DNA of 64,000 nucleotides, from assembly GCF_009914755.1 (NCBI RefSeq), contig NC_060929.1. One strand, written 5' to 3'. Positions 28,527-42,019 of this stretch are shown here, piece after piece. Below the pieces are notes generated by a model that was not told where the DNA came from, did not search any database, and worked only from the letters and a program-made list of their open reading frames with translations. The stretch comes from the human T2T-CHM13v2.0 reference genome, Homo sapiens. A program made the translations under genes and the position numbers. Positions within the stretch are counted from its first letter, which is position 1, and each line of letters starts with the position of its first letter.

Positions 28527-30624
28527 GCTTTCTCTCCCTTTTTATTTTTCATTTTCATTCTCTTTATTCTAATGTCAAGGTAAACACCAGTTCTTGGTGA
28601 CTTTTTTTTAAATAAAGTTTTTTTTTGCCTAAATAAGACATAAGCAACTTGATCCCTCACACTTAATACATCCAGTCCTAACTTGTATTGGAAAGCTAGT
28701 TCCAAGGCTGGTGTTTTGCATATATGGTGAGCCTAATACCACAGATGGCCTCTGTGTGGATGCAGGGACCCTACATTGTAGATTATTCTGAAAGTTCTAC
28801 TATTAATAGCCAGTGTAATAATTGAACACTTTCTTGATTAGCTTATTTTGTGGAGTGGGGGGAGTGGAACAGAGGACAAAATGATTTCTTATGCTTACCC
28901 AGAGTATGGAATAACTGCGAGGCATTGCTTAAAGCTATTTAATTAAAATATTAAAATGACCAAAAAACACAGGAATCGCCAGCAATGTTACGAGTCAGCA
29001 GTGGAAATGTTCCTTGTCAATCATGGGAAGAATGCTGAGTTTCAACCATCTCAAGCGCATATAACCCCATTGGTTTTTCTTTTTGGCAGTCTTGGTCCAA
29101 AAAAAAAAAAAAAAAAAAACCACACCAAAAAAACCTCAAAACATTGATCATGCCAGGTTAGATTTTACCAGGGATTTAAAGTCACCACCACCCTCCACAG
29201 CCCTCATTCATGCTCAGCTGCTACAAATAATGGCCTAGCACGAATTGGTTTACAATCCTGGTGGACTCCTACAGAGCTAATAAATCCAGAAATACTACTT
29301 GGATGGAAACATATGATAATCACATGATGACTTTTTAAATACATTCCGTAGTCTCATGTATAAAAATAAAAAACGTGCAGGGCTTAGATATCCCTTCATT
29401 GTATCAAATTAAATTGGATTTAATGCCTGGTGGTGTGTCATCCAGCTCAGACCCATTTGCACAAGGCTGTGGAGTGCAGAGCTGGTTCAGATGAATGAAT
29501 AGCTTTCTCATGACTTCACCCCCACTCTGCTGTCTCTTTTCCTGTCCTTTGTATTGTAATGGAGGACAGCTGTGGCAGTGAAGTGAATATTAACTAACCC
29601 CAGTGCCTCAGCAGATTGTGACTTTAATCCTGGCAAATACCACTAAAATCAAAATTTAATTACACTCAGAGTAGCTCTGTTAATGCCTAAAAAATATTTA
29701 ACAATTAGTGGTTGGCTTAATTAAGCAAACTGCCTTTCACAAAGCAACCTGAAAAGTCCTCCCAAGCCCTTCCCTCACCCCCACCCCCTTTTTTTTAATC
29801 CCTTAGACTAATTAGTCTGATGTAAACTCACAGCACTTCATTTACTGTTACTGAGTCTGCTGTTTAGCTGATCTAGGCTCTGAGCTTAACAGCTTGTAAT
29901 AGAAGGGAAGTTGTAAAAAGAAAGAAATTAGGTTCACTGCACACAGCTAGTTAATAAAAAAAAATCCTTTTAATAAACCACCAATCATCACTAGTCATTT
30001 CCTCATTCATATACATATATATGTATATATCAGAATGGCTTATTTCAGTTACAATATTAGTTACAGGAGATTCAGGAAAGCCAAATAACAAATATATTAG
30101 TGAAGAATCACTTCTATCAAAATAATTATTCTGTGTCCATATAGATTGAAAAATACTATTTACATATAAATTTGGAAGAGACAGATCCTTTTTTGTAAAC
30201 TAAACAACCAAAGAAATAAAATAAAAAACAAATGAAGAATGATGGAAAAATCATTAAAATTTAAATCCCATTCTCTGATTGATGCGTGATACTACCTGAC
30301 CTGTTACATGTTCATTCACTCATCCAAACATCAAACATTTATTAATGATATAATGTGACTCGATGGGATGATACAAATACATTATTGTAAATCTGTACAT
30401 TGACACCTATAGAATGTTTTAAAATGCCACAACAGAAAAGTTTATATGACCTATCTACTGAGTATCATTTTCTACTTGGATTCTTAGAAAAGACCTTGCC
30501 ATTAATAATTGCGAGAATAAAACACAGTAACACTTCAAAAGGTCTCTTATTCAGCAAGCTAAGAAAAGAAACAAGAATCATAAAATAACAACAAAAATAT
30601 TGCCATTGAGAACCAAAACAAGTC

Positions 30625-30760
30625 CCAGAGCTATTAAAGGAGCTTAAAGACCACTGAGTCCAGCTCCATATTTTACAGAAGAAAAAAACTGAAATTCAGA
30701 GAGTTTAAGTGATTTTCCAGGGCTATATGAAGAACTATTATCAAGTTCATCAGAAGGTCA
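30625..30760 (-). mobile_element. MIR/MIR3 fragment
   Basis: 'catattttacagaagaaaaaaactgaaattcagagagtttaagtgattttccagggc'. Confidence 0.6.
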
Positions 30761-31104
30761 CCTGAGGCCCCTCTAGGCCCCCATTCCAGGCATGTTCCCT
30801 TTTATCTGATATTGGATACAATTATAGCAAGATGCATTATTTGATTTCCCAAACTGCAGCAGATTAGAAGTCACAAATTAGAGGCTGAAAGAGAATTTCT
30901 AGAGGCTTAGTGTTCAGATGCTGTGAAACATGAGAACACATGATAAAATTTGGAACCTGCTAAGCAAAAATTAATCTGGACAAGATGGTCTCTTGGTAAC
31001 ACTCAAATCTAGGGGACAAATAAATGTCAGAAAAAAATTCTTAATTTTACAATGCAGAACTGTGCTGCCTTTGATCATCCTATTTGATTGTGTATGCATA
31101 GTAT

Positions 31105-31116
31105 TTGTGTGTGTGG

Positions 31117-31155
<39 letters not shown>

Positions 31156-31171
31156 GAAGGAGAGAGAGAGA
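31105..31171. repeat. Compound (TG)n(GA)n microsatellite
   Basis: Sequence reads gtgtgtgtgtgagagagagagag... Confidence 0.95.
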
Positions 31172-32680
31172 TTCTCTCCTTCAGGGCTTTTAAGATAATA
31201 CTGAAAAAGATTGAGATAATAAGCTAATTTAGTGATTTTCTTTTTGAGACTATCAAAAGAAAAATATTTTTCTCTGCTCCTAGAAAGTGCCTACTGAGGG
31301 TTTTAGTGTAAGTGATATGTTCATTTTTCAATCTAGGAAATAAAAACCTGTAATCTCCCCCATATGAGATGGTTTCACCTGTATGGATTTCTTTAGGCCT
31401 TCCTTTTGTTTCATATTTAAAACTAGTTTTTGAGAATTTTGGTTGTTGCTTTAATTCAACAATTAGGAGACAGAAATGAAGACAGCAAGTATCATTCATG
31501 TGTATGTGTCTAAAAGGATGTTAGGTACACCACACCTAACTGCAAGCACTCTGCAACCCGGTACAATTCTGTACATTTCCATTTAATTGGCAGGCTGTGT
31601 TTCAAGTCTCATGGTTGGTTGAGGATGAAGATGAATTTGCAGTTCATAGTACAGAAGAGGAAGTACATATGGTTTGTGATTGAGATACTTATGTTTTGAC
31701 TGAAGAATTGTGCAGCATCTGGCAAGTGTATAAATCCTTCAGTGGCAGCTATTTAACTTTTTAATACCAGAGGAAACAGCATATTATATTTCAAAATTGA
31801 TAGCTTTGAAAAATGGGTATTAACATGATGATATAAGTGGATACAAAATCTTCTTATGGGTTTTCCATGAATAATTGTACCTTAATGGTATATGCAACTT
31901 ATGTTTCAAATTCTTTTGTCTATTAGTCGCATACATATATCTTTATTTCTTCTTGAATGTATGCTGCATAACTATTAACCAAATGTTCATTCACCATCAA
32001 GTTCTGTTTCTTCAGTGTGTTTTCTCATTCAAAAGCATATAACAATTCTCCTTAATGATACAAATAACCCACTTCTAATGGACTATTATGCCTCTTTTCC
32101 ATTCTTGAAAAGCATTATTGCTTTCAGGTTTTTAGTTAAATGCTATACAATTTCAAAATAGTATAATACACTTAAATGATCTTTAAGTTTCTCTTTAAAA
32201 GAGCAGTAAGTATTAAAAGCCAAACAGAAAAATTGCCAAAGTCAGTTCACCTCAATTCAACTGTCAAAACTTTTCATGTGAAAAATAAATGGAAATGTTT
32301 TTCTATTTCAAGTAAGCAAATTTGTGGGTACAGCATTCTCTTTTGACTCTGAAAATCATTTGAAAACCAAAAAGCTTGTCCATGTTTGTTTTCAATTTGC
32401 AAAAAGTCAGCTGCATCCGTGAAACAGGCACTGAGCCTCATTATCTTGGCTAATAGAGAAAGAACTGCCCTCTCTTGAAAGGTGCAATAAATCTTTCATG
32501 TTCTTAAGTATTGCTTCATGTTCATCAGCAAGAATTTATCTAACAGTGTGCGACTAACATAAACATGTAACATCACCTCTTTCCTACTTCATACGTTGCC
32601 TACCCACGCAAACACACACACACTCACATTCAAACTAACGTGCGCACATACACTATCCCTCCCCCAAGCCTCTACCACTA

Positions 32681-33032
<352 letters not shown>

Positions 33033-33792
33033 AATGAGAAGAGAAATATACCCAACTAAATTCAATATTTGTTTTGATTTAGATTGCAAGATGATCTGTG
33101 TTTCACTGTATGGATTTATTTAATATTTGATCATGGCACAGGGAAAAAAACTTAATAGATGCTTGTAGTTGCCTGAAGTAAATAAAACTTTAACTTGTGC
33201 TTAAGATCTGTAGAAAAATAACTTTGGAAGGACACAAGGATCTCAACCTTTCTACTTCAGATGAATTTTACCATTCAGAACCAGTAATTTTCAACCTTTC
33301 TTAAACAGTTAACATCATAGTGATACTTAGTTGTTTCTTGTGTCCACTTGCAACTGTTTCTATTTCCTTCTATGAGATTGTCCATGGTAGTCAAGAACAG
33401 CTTGACACTCCCTATACAATAGTGATTGAGTTACCCCTTCTGTCTTGCAGGGTGAATGGCCAGGGTTCATGTAATTCTTCCTTTTGGGACTTAAATGCTT
33501 TCCAAATCAGATGTCCCCAACTGTTCTTTTAGGAGTCATCTTTCCCCATAATGATCAAATAGTGTTTTCAGCACCGATTCCACAGAATACAGGATGTCTG
33601 CTCTTTACCAAGTCTCCTTCCCTGCTGAGTTTCTGGCTGTCTCTGAGGAATAGTTCCATTAACTAAGTCTGAATGATTACTTGTAATTTTTAAAAGCTTC
33701 CTAGCTCAGGCCACTGCCTTCTGGAGCACAGCAGCCTACCTCTTCCAGGCTGCTAGTCTTCATCCAATAACTTTTCAGTCTCTAAGTAGAAT

Positions 33793-34612
33793 TTAGGTAG
33801 TATTTCCAAATTCCTGACATCATAATCTTCAGGATTCTGGAACTAGAAATAGAAATTCCTGGAAATTCTAAGACAGCCCTGAAATAATATGTTTTTTTCC
33901 ATTTTTCATAATACTTTTCCTGTGTTCATGAGTGGTAACGATAAACTATGAACCATTTTTATATAAAAATTTAAGAGGTTTTATGTAAAATATAATAATA
34001 AAAGCATGATTTTCACAGCATTGTATCTTTCAGTAACATATAAAAATGATCTCCACCTGGTATGGAAATTGGATAATAAAACATTAAAGAAAATGACATT
34101 TATATGAAATAAGTGACAAAAGCCAGTTAAATAATTGAAATGCCACATATATTTAATAATTAGAAGTTATATTTAAGATGAAATTTTAAAACTCACAAAG
34201 CATTAATTGCCTACTTATAGTCTTGGTCTTTTTTTCATTTTTCCATTGTCAGTTTTCACAAATATTCCAGTCCAGAAAAGTTTCATGTATTTTTCAAAGA
34301 CGCTGATCAAATTTGTTAAGAATATGTCCACAAGCTTCTTAACATTATGCATTAGGATATATGTTGCTTCATGAATCTCATTTTTTTAATAATGCAAACA
34401 TTTTGTTTGCTTGACATTGATTTGGATATTGTCACTTAAATTAATACTGCTTTTGTTAATAGAGATTTTAGATCAATTTCTGAATTCCTGTTGTAATATT
34501 CCACAATAACATCTTTTTCTATTTGCATGTTTTTTCTGTTTAAGTATTTACAAGAAACTCTACCATAGCACTTACCCTATTTCTGGGGAATGCCAGAGAA
34601 TATGATTAACTA
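33793..34612 (-). mobile_element. Ancient hAT-superfamily DNA transposon relic (transposase C-terminus)
   Basis: Hand translation of the minus strand from about 34386 to 34165 gives KNEIHEAT...NVKKLVDIFLTNLISVFE...FWTGIFVK...KRPRL*, then after a frameshift AINAL*VLKFH. This resembles the hAT dimerization domain. Decayed 'ttcc(c/t)ggaa'-like motifs lie near both ends. Boundaries are uncertain. Confidence 0.5.
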
Positions 34613-35221
34613 GCATTCAAATAACATAACATTTAGATCTTCTAGCAAGGCTAATAGCAACACATAGAATGGTATATCAAAATTACCAGTTTAAGGACTT
34701 ATTTTGGTTCTAAAGCTTATTTCTTGGACCACCATTGATAGGATTGGTATAAAGTATATTATGTGAATAAGCTCATTAATATTTATATTATTTGTGAAAA
34801 TGACTCACTGTTTGCAGCAGTCAGAGCCAAGAACACATCCAACTACAAGTAAGAGTGGCTAGATGAGAACTACTTCTCTCTTATGTGCTCTTCTCCTATT
34901 CATGAAAATGTCAACCTTAACCCTTGACTCCCATGTCAGCATTCCCGGCTCTTGCTTTCAACTTGACATCAGTGATTTCTTCTAATCATACAGTCCTTAT
35001 GTTGATTGTCAAGCTCCAAATCTTGTAGGAGCATTGAAATGCTTGTCTCCTGTTTTCCTGATTTTTTCGACTATTTGTTTTTCACAATTTAGGAGTGGAA
35101 AAACATATACATATTCTGAGATATACTGAGAAAGCATTTCTACATGGGAAAAGTAAACCCGAGTCATTTACATTCTTATTCCAAAGCTGTAAAATAGTGA
35201 TGTTGTACCTGATTGTTCAAC

Positions 35222-35432
35222 TTTTTATTTTTTTATTTTTATATATTTAAAGTGTCAAATATATAAAAATTAGAATAATGTAATGAACCTCTGTGCATAT
35301 ATCATCCAGTTTCAACAATTACCAAAACATGGCCAATCTTTTTAAACTTACATATTTACTCACTCCTCCGCCCCCATTATTTATAACCCATTATGGGTTA
35401 TTTTAAAGTAAATCCTATACGTTGTTTCATAG
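35222..35432 (-). mobile_element. L1MC-like 3' fragment
   Basis: 'taatgaacctctgtgcatatatcatccagtttcaacaattaccaaaacatggccaatctt...ttattttaaagtaaatcc'. Confidence 0.7.
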
Positions 35433-35439
35433 GTGCTAA

Positions 35440-36535
35440 ATATATGAAAATCCACATACAAAAGATTGAAGTTGGACCCCTACCACACACCATATATAAA
35501 ACATTACTCACAATGTATCAAAGACCTAAGCATAAGAGCAAAACTCTAAAATGCTTAGAGAAAAATTTTGTGACTTGGATTAGGTAACAGTTTTTTCAGA
35601 TGAGACATCTGAAATACAAGCAACAAAAGAAATAAGAGATAAAAATTGGACTTCATCACAATTAAACATTTTTGTTCTTTAAAGGACACCATCAAAATAG
35701 TGAAAAAAACACAGAGAATGGGAAAATATTTGCAACACATATATCTGATAAGGGTATAGTAACCAGACTATATAAAGAACTCTTCCACTTTGACAATAAA
35801 AAGACAAATATCCCAATTAAAAGTGGAGAAAAGGATTTGAATAGGCACATCTCCAAAAAAGACATATAAGTGACCAATGAGCTCATGAAAAGATGCTGAA
35901 AGTTATTAGTTATTAGATAGATACAAATCAAAACCACAATAAGATACCATTTCATACCCACTAGGATGTCTATAATGAAAAAGATGAACAAGTATTGACA
36001 AGGATGTGGAGAAATCAAAACTCTCGTACATTTCGGGTAAAGATGTAAAATAGTTCAACTGCTTTGGAAAACATTTTGTCAGTTCCTCAAAAGATAAACA
36101 TAGTATTACCGTACAACCCAGAAATTCCACTCCTAGGTATATGGTCAAGAAAATGGAAAACATATGTGCACACATAAACTTGTACATGAATGTTCATAGA
36201 AGCATTATTCATAATAGCCAAAAAGTGGAAACAACCCAGATGTCAATCAACTGATAAATGAACCAACAAAACTTGGCACAACCATGCAACATTATTCATC
36301 CATAAAAAGAAATGAAGTATTGATACATGCTACAACATGGACAACATTTCCAAATATTATACTAAGTGAAAGAAGGCAGAATAAAAGGCCATGTGTTGTG
36401 TGATTCCATTTACGTGAAATACCCAGAATATGTAAATCTCCATAGAGATAGGAAGTAGATTAATGGTCACCAGAGCCTGTGAGGAGGAAGGAATGAAGAG
36501 TGACAGCTGTTGTGATGAGAATATTCTGGATTATA
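35440..36535 (+). mobile_element. L1MB-like ORF2 3' end and 3' UTR
   Basis: 'aagttggacccctaccacacaccatata', 'aaaccacaataagataccatttcatacccactaggatg', 'atagccaaaaagtggaaacaaccc', 'tgattccatttacgtgaaatacccagaata'. Confidence 0.88.
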
Positions 36536-36632
36536 TCTTTTACAATGTTACAAACTATAAGTTAGTACTATATATACAGGGTTGAGATTATATATGTGTG
36601 CACACACACACACATACACACTTACACATACA

Positions 36633-37226
36633 TGGTTAAGCCTTGAACAACATGCGGGTTAAGAATGCTGACCCTCCACATAGTCAAAAATTTCTGTATA
36701 ATTTTGACTTTCCAGAAACTTAACTTATAGCCTACTGTTGATCAGCAGAAGCCTTACCGATAACCTAAACAATTAACACATAATTTGTATGTTGTATGTA
36801 TTATATGCTGTATTCTTATAATAAAGTAATCTAGAGAAAAGAAAATGTTATTAAGAAAGTCATAAGGAAGAGAAAATATATTTACTATTCATTAAACAGA
36901 AGTGAATCATCATAAAGACCTTCAGGCCAGGCACACTGGCTCAAATCTGTAATCCCAGCACTTTGGGAGGCTGAGATGGGAGAATTGTCTGAGGCCAGGA
37001 GTTCAGGACCAGCCTGGGCAACATAGTGTGACTCCTTCTCTACAATTTTTTTTTAATTAAAAAAAGAAAAAGATCTTTATCCTCATCATCTTCATATTGA
37101 GTGTGTTGAGGAGATGGAGGAAGAAGAGGGGTTGGTCTTGCTATCTCAAGGGTGGGAGAGGTGGAAGAAAATCCACGTGTAAGTGGACCTGTGCAGTTCA
37201 AACCTATGTTGTTCAGGGGTCAACTA
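36633..37226. mobile_element. Tigger2a (TcMar-Tigger non-autonomous element)
   Basis: TIRs 'tggttaagccttgaacaaca' / 'tgttgttcaggggtcaact'. Internal 'aatctagagaaaagaaaatgttattaagaaagtcataaggaagagaaaatata'. Confidence 0.88.
36925..37068 (+). mobile_element. FLAM (free left Alu monomer) nested in Tigger2a
   Basis: Left monomer only, with A-rich tail. TSD aaagaccttca / aaagatcttta. Confidence 0.88.
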
Positions 37227-37247
37227 TATATTTATAAATAATTTATG

Positions 37248-37513
<266 letters not shown>

Positions 37514-37606
37514 TTATTCATACAAATTAATGAATTATATAAATATGTACTGGGTGCTTATCCTATGTGACATGTGTCCATCAATATGGAAATCTGGTAT
37601 ATATAA

Positions 37607-39590
37607 TTCTTCATAAAATATCCAGTCTTGAGTATTTTGTTAGAACAGAAGAAATTGACTCAGAGAGAAACTGATACTAGAAAAATGATGCTGTTGCTAT
37701 AACAAATACCTGAAAATGTGGATGTGGCTTTGGAACTTGGTAATAGGTAGTGGCTGAAACAGTTTTAAAGTGAATGGTAGAAAAAGCCTGCACTGCCATT
37801 AACAGAGCATTAAGTGTGATTCTGGTGACGTCTCAGAAGGAGAGGAGAACTGCAGAAAAAGCCTCAGTCTTAGAGATAACTAAGTGGTTGTGAACAGAAT
37901 GTTAGTAGAAATATGGACAGTAAAGATCATTCACATGGTGTTTTAAATGAAAATGAGGGACATTTTGCTGGAAACTGGAGGAAAGACCATCCTTGCTACA
38001 AAGTGGCAAAGAAGATGGCTGAATTGTGTCCATGTCCTAATGTTTTGTGGAATGCCGAATTTAAGGGCAATCAACTAGGATATTTAGCAAAAAAAATCTC
38101 TAAGCAAAGTATTCAAGGTGCTGCATGCTTTCTCTCAACTGCTTATTGTAAAATGCAAGAGAGAAGTAAGTTAAAGACAGAATTTGAAACGAAAAGGAAA
38201 GCAGAATGTGAAGATTTGGAAAACTCTCAGCCTGGCCATGTAAAGCCTAAAAGAACGTGTTAAGGAAAGTAAACCAAGGTTGTGTCCAACAATCCGCTGA
38301 TAAGATTAGTATGGAGAGAGGGAAGCCCTGGAAGACCTTTTGGAGATCTTTGAGGCTGCCAGTCTTATCACAGGCCCAGAGTGCTAGGACTTTTAGGGCA
38401 GAATTGTTATAAACAATGGGCTCAGGGAGTTTGTAGAACCTCAGAGCTCAATGCCCAGGACTGTCTTAAGTCTCTGCTCCCTGCAGTCTGGTACAGGGCT
38501 CCTTGGCTGCCCAAGTTGTGGCTTAAGTGGGCCCAGGGGTATAGAGGCCATAAATTATGGTGGTGTTCACCTAGTGCTGACTCTGCATGCTCACAGAGTG
38601 CAAGAGCTGGGCAGGCATGGCTACCTTCACCTAGGTTCCAAAGATGCCACAGAGAGCTGTTAGTAGGGCAATGCTTAGTGGAGCTGTGGGGGAAGGGCCT
38701 CTCCCAAGACTTCAGAACTGTAGAGCCACCAGTCAGCAACTCCAGCCTGGGAGAGCTGAAGGTGCAAGACTCCAACCAGTATGAGCTGTGGCATGGGCTG
38801 TTCCTAGCAAAGTCCTGGGGATGGGACCCCCTAGGGATGTGGGTATCCAACCCAGAAGATGGGACATGGAGTTAAAAAAGATTATTCTCAAACTTTGAGA
38901 TTTAATGTTTGCCCTGTTGAGTTTTGAACTTTATAGGGATCTATTACTGATTTCTTTTTCCAATTTCTCCTTTTGGGAATGGAAATGGCTAACCTATGCC
39001 TGTCCCTCTATTGTATTTTGGAAGCACACAACTTGCTTGATTTAACAGGCTCTCAGCTAGATAGCAATTTGCCTTGTGGTGAATGACACAAAGCTTTGAG
39101 TCTCACCCATAACTGATTTAGATGGTGTGCAGATGAGACTTTGGACTCATTAATTAATTTTGGATTAATTCATCCAATTAATTAATTAAACTAATTTGGG
39201 GATCCAGGGGAAGAGTGCTATGGTTAGAATGTTTTTATCCCCTTTAAAATTCATGTTTGAACTTAATCCCCAATGTAACAGTTCTAAGTGGTGTGGCCTT
39301 TAGGAGGTGATTCGGTCATGTAGGTTTTGCTCTCATGAATGGGATTAGATGCTCTTCTAAATGGGCTTGATGGAAGGAGTTTGCCATTTCTTTAAATCCC
39401 TTCTGCTATGTGAGGACACCTACTTGGCACCATCTGTAAGGAACAAGACTTCACCAGACACTGAACCCGCTGGCACCTTTATCTTGCACTTCCCACCCTC
39501 CGGATCTGTGAGAAATAAACTTCTATTTTTTAAAAAATAGATTACCCAGTCTCAAGTCTCTTGTTATAGTAGCATAAACAGATGAAGACA
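37607..39590 (+). mobile_element. MaLR provirus remnant (MST/MLT1A-type): 60-bp stub of 5' LTR (37607-37666), internal region (37667-39215) and 3' LTR (39216-39590)
   Basis: Internal 'atacctgaaaatgtggatgtggctttggaact'. ORF 37913..38263 (GNWRKDHPCYKVAK...LGYLA..ISKQS) is the MaLR internal ORF. Polypurine tract precedes the LTR 'tgctatggttagaatgt...gatgaagaca'. Confidence 0.9.
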
Positions 39591-40244
39591 ATAGTTAAAG
39601 ATGGGACTGTGATCTTTTTGTATAGGAGTATAAGTTCAGCAAGGAACTCACCACAAAGGTTTGTACTTTATAGGATCACTAAGTCACTGTTGAATAATTA
39701 AAGGCAGTATCTGAGTAGCCAATTTCCTGTGTCATCACGAAGATAAGGCTTAGCTGTCACCATGGCATCTTGCACTTGCCCATATTATGGAGACTATTGG
39801 CTACTGAACAAACTGTGCTATTGGTAAAGTCCCTTTATAGCAGGCAAATACTCTTTCATTTGTGAATTTATTCACTCCATATTTACCTCCTCCAACTTTG
39901 GCTTCTATTTGTTCAAAATTGGTAGACAAAAGTTGATATGACTTATTCTGTCACCTTTTCTGGAGATATTATTTACAGTTCATTAGTAGATTTGTAGATG
40001 ACACAAGTTTGACATACTAAGATATAAATTCCCAGTAGTAGTATTATAGACATTTGATTGAGTAGTGTTTAGGTTACTTTCCTCAAAATCATTATCTCTG
40101 ATGTTTTCTCAAAATCACACTTCAAAGAGGATGATTTACTTCTGGGGCAACACTGCAGGTAGTTCTGCCCTATCTCAACAATAAATACAAAAAAGAAACA
40201 ACAACAACAGACTCCAAAATTACCAATATTGCATCATCAGTAAA

Positions 40245-40695
40245 AGTCACTGTTTGTGGAGTTAAACTGCCTTTGTTAAATTCTAGCTTCTACAAAAATG
40301 GAAAAATTATCCAGGTGTGGTGATGTGTGCCTGTAGTCTCAGCTACTTGGGAGGCTGAGGTGGGAGGATTGCTTGAGCCAGAGAGACTGAGGCTGCAGTG
40401 AACCATGATCGTGCCATACACTCCAGCCTGAGTGATAGAGGAGACCCCCATCTCAAAAAAAAAAAAAAGAAAAAAAGAAAAAAAAATTTCTGGCCTCCAT
40501 TACCTTCTTGCTTATGCCTCCTTCAAGTTACTTAACCTCTTCATGCCACAGTTTCCTCATCTATAAAGTGAAAATAATAGTAACATCAATTTCATAGTGT
40601 TGGGAGGATTTAACTAGTTAATAAAGTTAATATACCAAGCATTTAGAAGTGTCTAGCCTATATATACAAAGTGCACAATAAATACTGGTTTTGTT
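40245..40695 (+). mobile_element. MIR, interrupted by a truncated Alu
   Basis: 'caagttacttaacctcttcatgccacagtttcctcatctataaagtgaaaataatagtaac'. Confidence 0.8.
40290..40484 (+). mobile_element. 5'-truncated AluJ (right monomer)
   Basis: 'gaggtgggaggattgcttgagcc...gctgcagtgaaccatgatc'. TSD aaattctagcttc / aatttctggcctc. Confidence 0.9.
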
Positions 40696-41204
40696 ATGGT
40701 TCTTTCTCTCTTTATTTTCATTTAGGAATTAATATCTTTCTCATAAAAAAGGTTTATTTCACTCTGCTCACATATTTAGGACACTTTGAAATTCTTACTT
40801 CTCTGAAAATGATTCCAATCTTTGCTTCTTGCAGTGACCAGCATTTTGAGTGAGAGTCCATTCTGTATTTAATAAAATAAAGTATTTTTATGAAATAGAA
40901 ATCAGAATACTTTGTATATTTATTTCCAGAAATTATTTTTTAGGTCACAAAAGTGTAAAGTCACAGAGAGAATTCAATACAACTATGGTGTTAGGGTTAA
41001 AAATATGATGTTTGATTTGAGTTGATCATAATATAAAGATGAAATTCTACTACACATGTAAAAAGAGTGTCTTCTTGGAATAGTCCACAAATAGTGTATG
41101 CAAAATAAGTTTAAGAAATCTAAAAGAAAATGAAACATAATAACTTTTATAGCAATTTATCTTCAAAATTAATTTTAGTAGCTCTATAGGAAAATGGAAG
41201 TTGT

Positions 41205-41365
41205 TTAGTTATCACTAATTGCTTACCATGTATCAGGCAATGTGCTAAGCACTTCACATGGATTATTTTATTTAATCATCAGAATGAGCCTTTGAAGTAG
41301 ATGTTATTAAAGCCCTATTATATGTGGAAAGGGGGCCTCAAAGGGATAAAGTCTCAGCCAAGATT
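41205..41365 (-). mobile_element. MIR fragment
   Basis: 'gcttaccatgtatcaggcaatgtgctaagcacttcacatggattattttatttaatc'. Confidence 0.75.
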
Positions 41366-41454
41366 CTAAGCAGAGTCATTGACTCCTGCTTCTGGCTTCT
41401 GAAGCAGTTTGCTATAGTGTCCTGACATTTTTTTTTTTTTTTTTTTTTTTTTTT

Positions 41455-41762
41455 GCTTATTGCAATGTAGTCAAATGTATCCATTTTTTCTTTTATACCT
41501 ATATTTTGTTTCTTGTTTAATAAGACCTTTTTGATCCAAAGATTATACATGTGTTCACTTTTGCTTACTTTAAAAAATTCTTATTTTATATTTAGATCAG
41601 AAATCCATCAAGAATTTTGTATGTGTGTTTGTAGTGTGTTATAAGGATCTATTTTTTTTCCTTCAGTGAAGAACCAATTGTCCCAACAAGATTTTTTGAA
41701 TTGTTAACCCATTTGTCAAATTCATTTAAAATGCCATTTTAATCTTAAATGTGTATATGTGT

Positions 41763-41798
<36 letters not shown>

Positions 41799-41965
41799 CT
41801 GGACTTCTTCCATGACTCTAGCTGTCTGTCAATAAGCTTTTATTGTACTATTTTAACAGTAGTTTTTAAATATAATTTGCTATCAAGTAGAGGAAATCCT
41901 TAGCATTGTTCTTTTCACATTTGTCTGGACTGTTCTCACACGTTACAACCAGATATATTTTGAGA
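41455..41965 (-). mobile_element. Old L1M ORF2/3' fragment containing (TG)n at 41765-41796
   Basis: 'tagtcaaatgtatccattttttctttta', 'aaggatctattttttttc...aaccaattgtcccaaca'. Confidence 0.6.
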
Positions 41966-42019
41966 ATCTACTCCTTGAAGGCAAGAGGCCAGTCAGATTC
42001 CTCTTTGGATTTACCCACA

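Noticed and set aside
38381-38875. Overlapping 164-aa and 142-aa ORFs
   Set aside because: They lie within the decayed MaLR internal region and are not host genes.
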